The notes under the pieces were generated by a model. The model did no database searches, had not been told where the DNA came from, and saw nothing but the letters and a program-made list of their open reading frames with translations. A stretch of DNA of 64,000 bases from the IMG/VR virus record IMGVR_UViG_3300050587_000146, positions 390 through 64,389 of that record; one strand, 5' to 3'. This document shows, one piece after another, positions 49,006 through 56,988 of the stretch (position 1 is the stretch's first letter; each line of letters begins with the position of its first letter). The stretch comes from a virus (taxonomy: Duplodnaviria > Caudoviricetes). The position numbers and the translations under genes were made by a program.

Positions 49006-49189
49006 GGGTTCGATTCTCGAAAAGACGATATTATCATTGAACAGCAAGGAACAGTTACAACGAGGTTTACAGTATCAAGAAATGGCAGTTCAGCATTGGA
49101 AAAAAGAGAATGATATTGAACAAACAAACTTCTTCCAGGACGCTGTAAACCTAACGAATAAAAGGCTCGCCAAATTTAAAGAGGGGTAA
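48965..49189 (+). CDS. Hypothetical protein
   Basis: Coupled ORF. Confidence 0.45.
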   Translation: MRTMRTIYLSKSFKGSILEKTILSLNSKEQLQRGLQYQEMAVQHWKKENDIEQTNFFQDAVNLTNKRLAKFKEG

Positions 49190-49392
49190 TGGTAATGAAT
49201 ACTTACACTAAAGCAATTATGAGAGTTTGTTTCAAAAGATTAAAACGAGGGGCATCAAAGGAAAGTATTCTCGGGTATCTCCGGCATTTACGAATTGAAA
49301 TATGGAAGAATTGTCCCGGCATCGTCACCTTTATTGAGACTTTAGAAGATAAATTCAATAAACTAAGTTTTATAAAGGCGCGGGAAAATTGA
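49189..49392 (+). CDS. Hypothetical protein
   Basis: Coupled ORF. Confidence 0.45.
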   Translation: MVMNTYTKAIMRVCFKRLKRGASKESILGYLRHLRIEIWKNCPGIVTFIETLEDKFNKLSFIKAREN

Positions 49393-49762
49393 AAAAGAAA
49401 GGGTGTTGATAAATGCGAGAAATTGATTGAAAAAAAGAATTAAACCAATTCTCAAGAAAACTGACTAATTCATTGTTCAAGTAAAACTGGGGGATTCCGA
49501 ATATAAGTTATCAATTTATCGCTGTATTGATGGGTTGTATTCAGTAGAATTTGGTGGGAGACTCGGAGATATTGATTCAGTTGCAAAATTACTTAGTAAT
49601 ATCGAAGTTTTAGACATAGAAGATTAAACAGGCGCGATAAAATTTAGAAAAGAGGAGAACTCAAGGTTCCTCCTCTTACTTATCGTATAAATAACAAAAC
49701 ACCAAAGGGATTTTGGCATGTAAATAGAATAATTAATTTATTAAATTTACGGAGGGAAAGAC

Positions 49763-50362
49763 ATGAAAAAAATAATTTTACTTACAACCTGTTTATTATT
49801 TTTAATATGTTCGTCTACCTTTGCGATGAAGGAATTAACTACCGATGAGGACATCCAAGCAGTAATTGACGAGGGGTTGAAATTATCTCAACCAAATGAA
49901 GGTTATAAAATGACTGTAGATATTGGGAAATATAAAGTTCGCTCATACTTATTAACACCGAGCATTCTTATTAAAAATAAGGCTTTAGACCAAAAGGTGA
50001 AAATGTATAATTACACTGTTCAAGACGCAAAGCAGGATTTTATCGATGGGAAAACGTTAAGGATTGATTTTGATATTGCAGCGCATTTTACAGGGTTTGG
50101 AAAAAGTCCAAATATCAACTTTGCTGAAATCTGTTCCTTTATGATTTTACAAGGAGATAAAGTAATTCGACCGAGTTCAATTGAGTCAAAATCAAATATA
50201 CCAAGAATTGACTCAAGTATGTTCGGAGGTACTTGGTTAGTAGGAAGCACTGCAACATACTGGGATATGACCTCAATTGATTTAACGGCTCCGATTACCT
50301 TGCGGTGTGTAATAGAAACAAAATCAGCGGATATTAAATATAATTTACCAGATTTACAATAA
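49763..50362 (+). CDS. Secreted or periplasmic protein (moron-like)
   Basis: Signal peptide MKKIILLTTCLLFLICSSTFA; visibly AT-rich. Confidence 0.65.
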   Translation: MKKIILLTTCLLFLICSSTFAMKELTTDEDIQAVIDEGLKLSQPNEGYKMTVDIGKYKVRSYLLTPSILIKNKALDQKVKMYNYTVQDAKQDFIDGKTLRIDFDIAAHFTGFGKSPNINFAEICSFMILQGDKVIRPSSIESKSNIPRIDSSMFGGTWLVGSTATYWDMTSIDLTAPITLRCVIETKSADIKYNLPDLQ

Positions 50363-50459
50363 TCAGTTTAATAAACAAGCCGGAAAATAGAGAAAGAGAG
50401 GAGTCAACTCAAGATTCCTCTCTTTTTTGTTATATAGTGCATTGACAGGAGGGCTATCA

Positions 50460-50789
50460 ATGATTGAACCATTACCAGACTTTACAGATTTAAGGACGAT
50501 TTCAGAAAAGTTCAATGAGATGATTCCAATAATGAATGCACTTTATGACGCTGATTTTGATTTTGTTGAAATGTCCGATAGTGTTGATGTCGGTATTGAT
50601 AAAATGAATCGGGCAATGATTTATTTCATTGCAGCGGGGGTTGAGAATGTTCAGTGTTTCAATCCAATGCAATCGATGGTTGAAATCATTCATATCATGA
50701 ATATCGTTATTGATAATGTAAATTTTGAGACTGCAATACAGTGGGGTTGGCTATATGAGCGAAATTTAAAAGGGCGCGGGAAAATTTAA
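50460..50789 (+). CDS. Hypothetical protein
   Basis: GGAGGG RBS after the phage promoter at 50407. Confidence 0.5.
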   Translation: MIEPLPDFTDLRTISEKFNEMIPIMNALYDADFDFVEMSDSVDVGIDKMNRAMIYFIAAGVENVQCFNPMQSMVEIIHIMNIVIDNVNFETAIQWGWLYERNLKGRGKI

Positions 50790-50840
50790 AAAAGAGGGAG
50801 GGTCTACTTAAGATTCTTCCTCTTTCTACTATATAGTGAA

Positions 50841-51230
50841 ATGCAATTCAACAAAATAATAAAGGAGATGTATCAAACAATGTTTGGATTTGGGAAATCG
50901 AAAGAGAAAGAATTAAAGGTATCAGGCAGAGTCAAAATCACTATCGAGGACAATAAAGGCGAACATAGTCGAGTAGTTGAGGCTGATGAATTCATTCTTG
51001 CTTTTAGCCGCAAAACTGATGAAAAGAAAAAAGGTTTATCAGTCCAGGTGTGTTCCTCTCCCATAATGACAATGATTGTTGCAGAAAATCTTAAAGAAAC
51101 AGCAATGAAACATATCCTCGAAAGTAAACAGGGACTTGATGGACTGTTAGCTAACATTCTCGGCGGGGAACATAATTGTGATGAATGTCCAGCTCGTGAA
51201 GAATGCCAAGCTGATAAAGCTGAAAGCTAA
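50841..51230 (+). CDS. Hypothetical protein with C-terminal Cys cluster
   Basis: CDECPAREEC; after the phage promoter at 50806. Confidence 0.5.
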   Translation: MQFNKIIKEMYQTMFGFGKSKEKELKVSGRVKITIEDNKGEHSRVVEADEFILAFSRKTDEKKKGLSVQVCSSPIMTMIVAENLKETAMKHILESKQGLDGLLANILGGEHNCDECPAREECQADKAES

Positions 51231-51521
51231 AAAATTTTAAAAGGCGCGGGGAATTTAAAGAAAAAAGGGGCTTTGGGTTTTTGCTCTGTTAGTGAATACA
51301 ACTATATAGTAAATAATCATTATAGAGAATAACACAATAGAGTATAAAACAGAGAGTAAAAAACTAACGAAATAAATAACCCGTTCCCAGTTCCAAATCA
51401 TGGACAGGCTGAAATATTGCCTGTCTTATTTCGTATTTCCTTAAAAAACTACTTGTATTTTACCAGTATATTTGACTTAACAAATAGGGGCATGAAACAA
51501 CATAAAGGAAAGGTAGGTGAG

Positions 51522-52088
51522 ATGGATATGGCTACCAAGAAAATCAAGAGGGAAACGGCTCGGATGGCAGAAGCGTTCGAGTATTATTACCTGTTAGGTG
51601 ATGACAGAAGCACCTTAAAAGTGTCACAACAGTTTCATGTAAACCACAGGACTGTCCAGTATTGGGCAGATTCATTTGGCTGGCCTGAACGAGTCGCTCA
51701 ACGTGACATCGAAATCGCTCAAGAATTGCAGCGCAAGACGCTCAAAGACATTGTCGATACGAAAGCGAACTATCGCAAGATTATCAAAATAGCTGTCAAA
51801 AACCTCGTGGACAACCTGACCGAGCAGGACGAAGAGGGCAATCCCAAAATCAAAGTGACCTCTATTGCAGACCTGGAAAAGCTCGTCAAGCTTGATATGC
51901 TGTTAATGGGCGAATACACGGAAGTTACAAAGACGAAAGCCGAGACTGTAAATCAAACTGCACTCTCACCTGCTGATAGAGCAGCACTCAAAGATGTTGT
52001 TGACGCAATCGTGAAAGATATTACTCTGTCAGTAAATTCTAAGGAGGACGACGAGAATGAGCAAGACGGGCAAGGAGTTCTTAACTGA
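51522..52088 (+). CDS. Terminase small subunit (putative)
   Basis: HTH LKVSQQFHVNHRTVQYWADSFGWPERV and helical oligomerisation region; upstream of TerL. Confidence 0.65.
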   Translation: MDMATKKIKRETARMAEAFEYYYLLGDDRSTLKVSQQFHVNHRTVQYWADSFGWPERVAQRDIEIAQELQRKTLKDIVDTKANYRKIIKIAVKNLVDNLTEQDEEGNPKIKVTSIADLEKLVKLDMLLMGEYTEVTKTKAETVNQTALSPADRAALKDVVDAIVKDITLSVNSKEDDENEQDGQGVLN

Positions 52089-52503
52089 AATCTCTGCGGC
52101 GGCTCAACGAGTGTGTGGGCGGTACGGATTGAGAGCATCAGTCTGTATCGCTCAAGCATTACTCGAAAGTGACTGGGGCGAACATGCTATTGCAACATAT
52201 AACGTATTCGGTCGTAAGTGGGTCAAAACTGGCAATTATATTGAGTTGCCGACTAAAGAGTTTATTAACGGGAAATGGATTACTGTATCAGCCAAATTCC
52301 GCAAATATGACTCATACGACGAGGCATTAACAAGTTACTGTGAATTAATCAGTCATGCTCCGTATCAAGCCGTAAAACCGAATTATGCCAATTTAGAGGC
52401 ATATGTGAGAGAGTTGGGCAAAATGTACGCGACCGACCCGAATTATGCAACGAAGATTTTGAACATTATAAAAATGAATAATCTTACACAATTTGATGTA
52501 TAG
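52057..52503 (+). CDS. Glucosaminidase (GH73/FlgJ-like) peptidoglycan hydrolase
   Basis: IAQALLESDWG, NVFG, TKE, YATDPNYATKI. Confidence 0.85.
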   Translation: MSKTGKEFLTEISAAAQRVCGRYGLRASVCIAQALLESDWGEHAIATYNVFGRKWVKTGNYIELPTKEFINGKWITVSAKFRKYDSYDEALTSYCELISHAPYQAVKPNYANLEAYVRELGKMYATDPNYATKILNIIKMNNLTQFDV

Positions 52504-52668
52504 TCATTCATTTTTTATGCATAAACTCAATTTTTTGCCTACTGGAAATATATAATGATATGTCGAGTTGATAAATCCGCAGGTAGATGACCTTTTGGGA
52601 AGAGTTGGGAGTTTACATAAGGTTCATTATACGACTCAATCTCTCTCCCTGCTGGAAATTCAGAACTG

Positions 52669-52866
52669 GTGCGGGTTAAAGGGCGAAAAATGGGGGTGAA
52701 TTTTAAGGTGAAATCGGGAGCTTATTACATTGTATTTTATCTCATTTTGGTTCTGGTTGCAAGTATTATTGCAATCGCGGCAAAGCATCTGTTTGGGCTA
52801 AATCCCGGACAAGCGTGGTTTATCTGGGTAATCGCCTTACTCTGGTTACATGCTCATGAGGGGTGA
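52669..52866 (+). CDS. Small membrane protein
   Basis: Two hydrophobic segments. Confidence 0.5.
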   Translation: MRVKGRKMGVNFKVKSGAYYIVFYLILVLVASIIAIAAKHLFGLNPGQAWFIWVIALLWLHAHEG

Positions 52867-52872
52867 GGTAAA

Positions 52873-53022
52873 ATGCTATACTGCGCTAAATGCCGAAAAA
52901 TGGTTGAGACAGCGACGTTATTCAAGGGTTCCATTACATACTGCAAGGAATGCGGTTCCTGGATTCAGCGACAGTACAACGCAGGGACGCTACTAAAAAA
53001 TAAGAAAGCAAGGCAAATGTGA
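52873..53022 (+). CDS. Small zinc-ribbon protein (49 aa, not in ORF track)
   Basis: GAGGT RBS; MLYCAKC...YCKECG. Confidence 0.5.
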   Translation: MLYCAKCRKMVETATLFKGSITYCKECGSWIQRQYNAGTLLKNKKARQM

Positions 53023-53513
53023 TGGGAGAAATTCTTGATACAATCAGAGAGCTACTTTTCAACAGTCAGAGACGGGGTCGTTCTGCTGATTTCATCCTGC
53101 TCGGGAGTGACGACTGGCGGGAAGCTTGCCGGGAGGCCGAAGTATTAGGGATGAGGTCAAGAGGTGAGCAACTTTACCTGGAGGAATTCTTCGGGGTTAA
53201 GATTATCGTCGTTGATGAGTTCGAGAATTTCATTCAACTCGGTCATTTTCCGAGGTCAGAGCGAATAATGCCAAGACCTGAATTTCTTCGGTATGACAGG
53301 GAAGAACCGGTATATGATTACAGGCGGGCAGAAAGGGCAGAACAGCGACGTAATAACGTCCAGGTTAATGTTAACGCCGTCGATAGTTCATCGTTTAATC
53401 AGTCATTACAACAAGCGACAGAACGAATGAGAGAAGTATTGAGGCAAGCAGAGGCAGCGGCCTTGACAGGCTCGCTACCTAAAGAATCAAAAGAAGAGGT
53501 GTCGAAAGAATGA
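53019..53513 (+). CDS. Hypothetical protein
   Basis: 164 aa coupled ORF. Confidence 0.5.
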   Translation: MMGEILDTIRELLFNSQRRGRSADFILLGSDDWREACREAEVLGMRSRGEQLYLEEFFGVKIIVVDEFENFIQLGHFPRSERIMPRPEFLRYDREEPVYDYRRAERAEQRRNNVQVNVNAVDSSSFNQSLQQATERMREVLRQAEAAALTGSLPKESKEEVSKE

Positions 53514-53773
53514 AATTTCATTTACATTGTTGGCATAATGTTGAAGGGTCAGAGCGTAAGGTTCCGGTTCCAGCTCGTTGTAAACTTAAAAATCCCGAGT
53601 TTATTCGGGAAGCAGCGGACGAGGGACGAACTCGAACAGGGGGCGGGAGCGTAAAGTATAAGTACGTTCTGGTCGAGGTAACTCAAAAGTGTTGCCTTTG
53701 TCCCAAAACTCGGGTTGTCAAATACCGGGAACTGGACGTTGAGAAAGCATTGGGGTTTACGGCAAAGGTATGA
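53510..53773 (+). CDS. Hypothetical protein
   Basis: GAGGTG RBS; HLHCW..CCLC. Confidence 0.5.
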   Translation: MKFHLHCWHNVEGSERKVPVPARCKLKNPEFIREAADEGRTRTGGGSVKYKYVLVEVTQKCCLCPKTRVVKYRELDVEKALGFTAKV

Positions 53774-53960
53774 CTCAGCCTGAAGATATTACCGACGAGT
53801 TGCTCCTGAATGTTCTGTTCGGGGGCTTATTTTAGGCAGGGACAGGCTCGACTCGAAAGGGTCGGGCTTTTCTATTACCTTGATAATTTCCTCCTGTTAT
53901 AACTCAAGTTTGAGGGCTTGCTTGCTATATAGTGAGCATCACCTGACAGGAGGAATTGCA

Positions 53961-54689
53961 ATGAAACTTGATAAGGACACATTAGATTTACTTGGGAGTT
54001 GCCGGGTCGAGGGAAATACTCTCTACTTACCGGACAGACAACTTGACCGGACGCTTTACACAAAGGTCAATAAATGCTTAGAGAGTATCGGCGGCAAGTG
54101 GGACAAGAAAGCAAAGGGGCATGTTTTTGACAGTGACCCGACTGAATTACTGAACGTTATTATCAATACTGGTGAAGTGGTGGACATAAAGAAGGAGTAT
54201 CAGTTCTTTCCCACTCCTGCCGAAATAGCTCAAAAGATGATTGAGTGGGCAGATATTAGGCCGGACGACATTGTGCTTGAACCGTCAGCCGGTCAAGGAG
54301 CGATTGCGGACTTAATTCCGTACAAGGACAAGTTATTCCTTTGCGAGCTTAACGCTCAAAACGCGGCAGTATTGCGTGGAAAGGGTTATCAGGTTCATGA
54401 GGGCGACTTTTTACGCACAGAATTCTTGGACGTAACTAAGGTTGTTATGAATCCACCGTTTAGTAAGCAGCAGGACATTGACCACGTGCTTCACGCTTGA
54501 GGGATGTTGAAGGACGGGGGAACGCTGGTTGCCGTTATGTCCGAGGGTACATTCTTTCGGGAGAACAAAAAGGCAGTTCAATTCCGAGAGTTGCTCGAAG
54601 AATACGGCTATTCAGTATCTCTCGACAGCGGCGCGTTTAAGGAAAGCGGCACAATGGTAAATACCAGGGTTGTCGTAATGCATAAGTAA
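53961..54689 (+). pseudogene. DNA adenine methyltransferase interrupted by an in-frame TGA
   Basis: FFPTP, VLEPSAGQG, VMNPPF; ...HVLHA-TGA(54498-54500)-GMLKDGGTLVAVM continues in the same frame. Confidence 0.75.
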
Positions 54690-54777
54690 TCTTGGCTCCG
54701 CTCTAACCGAACGGGGCTTTTATTTTAAGGGGGCGCGAATATGTGGGGCTTATTCAGTAAGCGGAAGGAGAAGGACA

Positions 54778-55049
54778 TGACTTTTAGTGAGGCTTTAGAG
54801 TTATTACGGCGGGGCATGAGAGTACGGCGGGCGGGTTGGAATGGTAAAGGCATGTGGTTAGTTGCAATCCCCGGCAGTACGATTAAGGTCGAAGCGGGCA
54901 GACCGTTGGCAGCGGCTTTCCCTGTAGGGACAGAGGTTAAATACTTATCTCATATCGACATGTACACGGCTCAAGGGGAAATAGTTCCCTGGCTTGCTTC
55001 CCAAACTGACATCCTGGCCTTTGACTGGGAGGTTGTCAAAGATGTGTGA
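54778..55049 (+). CDS. DUF2829 / Tad2-like anti-defense protein
   Basis: MTFSEALE..RRGMRVRRAGWNGKGMWL...VPWLASQTDILAFDW. Confidence 0.8.
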
Positions 55050-55203
55050 TTTAGTTAAGCAGGTTGCATTAATGCGGCTTTGCCGAAGGTGTTGCAGAGC
55101 GAGTTGCATACACTACTACATTCTAAACCAATTCCCGATTCGCTGGCCTAACGAGGACGAGCGGAAAATCTGTCAGGACTTTCTGGTTGGGAGGGAAGAT
55201 TAA
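55042..55203 (+). CDS. Small Cys-rich hypothetical protein
   Basis: Coupled to both neighbours. Confidence 0.35.
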   Translation: MCDLVKQVALMRLCRRCCRASCIHYYILNQFPIRWPNEDERKICQDFLVGRED

Positions 55204-55865
55204 TGCAGGTTATTGATATACCTTTGAATCAAATCAAGCCGTATCCTAACAATCCGCGTAAAAACGCAAAAGCGGTTGATGTAGTGGCTCATTCTATCAG
55301 TGCATACGGGTTCAACAGCCCGATAGTGGTTGACAGGGATATGGTTATTATCAACGGTCATACTCGGTACTTGGCGGCTCAAAAGCTCGGGCTTGAAACG
55401 GTTCCGGTCGTAGTTGCGGCTGGGCTTTCTCCCGATAGGGTCAAGGCTTACCGGATTATGGACAACAGGTCAGCCAGTATCGCAGAGTGGGACAATGACA
55501 AGCTACTTCAGGAAATCGTTGAACTGCTGGACGCTGATACGTTCGACCTCAATGTCGAGTTCACAGGGTTCTCTCCAGACGACTTGAGCAAGGAACTGGG
55601 CTTGAAACTCGGCGAAGAGCCGAAAAAGAAAACTAAAAAGGGCGCGGAGAATGAAGTGGATGGCGAGATTGAGTTCGCTAACGAGTTACTCGAAGAACAT
55701 CAGTACGTCGTCCTCTACTTTGATAATACACTGGACTGGCAAGTGGCAAAGGAAAAGCTCGGGTTGCATTCAGTAAGGCGTAACAATACGGACGCGGCTC
55801 GGGACAGGAAAGCGTTGGGCAGGGTAATTCCTGGTAAGGATGTAATCAATAGGCTCAAAGATTAA
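55203..55865 (+). CDS. ParB/Srx N-terminal-domain protein
   Basis: IKPYPNNPRKN, YGFNSPIVVD, INGHTRYLAAQKLG. Confidence 0.85.
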   Translation: MQVIDIPLNQIKPYPNNPRKNAKAVDVVAHSISAYGFNSPIVVDRDMVIINGHTRYLAAQKLGLETVPVVVAAGLSPDRVKAYRIMDNRSASIAEWDNDKLLQEIVELLDADTFDLNVEFTGFSPDDLSKELGLKLGEEPKKKTKKGAENEVDGEIEFANELLEEHQYVVLYFDNTLDWQVAKEKLGLHSVRRNNTDAARDRKALGRVIPGKDVINRLKD

Positions 55866-55880
55866 AGGAAACGCGTAAAC

Positions 55881-56018
55881 ATGGAGTTCTTTATTGCAGG
55901 GTTTTTTGTTCCTGGTGTTCTGTTCGGCTTTGACATTCGTAACGATGAGCGGGAAAAGACATTAAATATCTTTTTCGGTGTCATCGGACTTACTTTCGGG
56001 TGGGAAGTTGGTGAGTAA
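55881..56018 (+). CDS. Small membrane protein (45 aa, not in ORF track)
   Basis: AAAGGA RBS; hydrophobic. Confidence 0.35.
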   Translation: MEFFIAGFFVPGVLFGFDIRNDEREKTLNIFFGVIGLTFGWEVGE

Positions 56019-56166
56019 TTTGTCGGTTACTTGTCAAAACTGTAAATTTTGGAATGGTGGTTGTGATGACCCCGAGGAATATGTTCATCGGGATACTGGT
56101 GAGTCTTGTTGTCGGTATCATCCAGACGCAATTCCTGAATCCGAGTATGAGGATGGTGGCGAGTAA
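56011..56166 (+). CDS. Small Cys-rich protein
   Basis: CQNCKFW..GC...CC. Confidence 0.45.
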   Translation: MSNLSVTCQNCKFWNGGCDDPEEYVHRDTGESCCRYHPDAIPESEYEDGGE

Positions 56167-56885
56167 TGAAGGTCATTATTCCGTCATACAAACGACCTGA
56201 CAGAGTATACGCGGCGACATACTTACCCGAGGCGTATATCTGTATTGCCGAGGATGAGTTCGAAGCGTACAAGGCAAATTACGGCTCTAACAGATTAATC
56301 GTAATGCCTCCCGGCGTTCAAGGTAATATTGCTCGGGTAAGAAACTGGATTTTGAACAATGTGGACAACGACGAAATCGTGATGATGGACGACGACGTTC
56401 GCTATCTTTCCAGAACAAACGAGCGGGAGTGTCATCCACTTGAAGCAAATCAGGCGATGGATTTTTTCGAGAACGGGTTCCTGATGGCAGAGGACATGGG
56501 CGTGTATCTCTGGGGCATGAATGTCACTCCAGACCGTATCATGTATTGTGAGTATACTCCCTTTTCGACACAGGCTCCGATTCTCGCGACAACTTGTTGC
56601 ATTCGGCGCAATCCTCTCCGGTACGATGAGCGAATCCCGTTCAAAGAGGATTACGATTACTTTCTCCAGCATTTGAAGAAATACCGAAAGACGCTCCGGT
56701 TCAATATGTATCATTATCATCCAGACCATATTATCGGGTCGGGCGGGTGCATTACAAACCGGACGATGGACGCGGAGAAAGAACAGGCGATGATTCTGCA
56801 AAAGAAGTGGGGAAGTAATATCGTCAAGGTCGATTTCGGGCGGTCAATTAATCCGATTGTCAAAAGCCCACTCGCTGGAATCTGA
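56166..56885 (+). CDS. GT-A fold glycosyltransferase (TAGT/GREB1-like)
   Basis: IIPSYKRP, ARVRNWIL, MMDDD (DxD), KEDYDY, GGC. Confidence 0.75.
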   Translation: MKVIIPSYKRPDRVYAATYLPEAYICIAEDEFEAYKANYGSNRLIVMPPGVQGNIARVRNWILNNVDNDEIVMMDDDVRYLSRTNERECHPLEANQAMDFFENGFLMAEDMGVYLWGMNVTPDRIMYCEYTPFSTQAPILATTCCIRRNPLRYDERIPFKEDYDYFLQHLKKYRKTLRFNMYHYHPDHIIGSGGCITNRTMDAEKEQAMILQKKWGSNIVKVDFGRSINPIVKSPLAGI

Positions 56886-56988
56886 TTTCCAATTGCTGGA
56901 AAAAATTGCGTTCGGTCTGGAACTTAATGATTTTTTTGTAAATAAGGCGCGGCTAATACCCGCGTCTTTTAATTTTGCCTGAAAGGGG

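Larger units (their letters stand above)
49374..51260. repeat. Dispersed intergenic repeat GGCGCGGGAAAATT..AAAG(A)GG between accessory genes
   Basis: Related copies near 49377, 49631, 50379 (degenerate), 50773 and 51243. Confidence 0.6.

Noticed and set aside
49413-49628. Decayed ORF (ATG CGA GAA ATT GAT TGA..., second fragment ending GAA GAT TAA)
   Set aside because: Needs both a stop readthrough and a frameshift, and has no recognisable homology, so it is not called
55203-55865. ParB as the partner of ParM
   Set aside because: Only the N-terminal ParB/Srx domain is present, without an HTH; ParM has its own adjacent ParR-like gene
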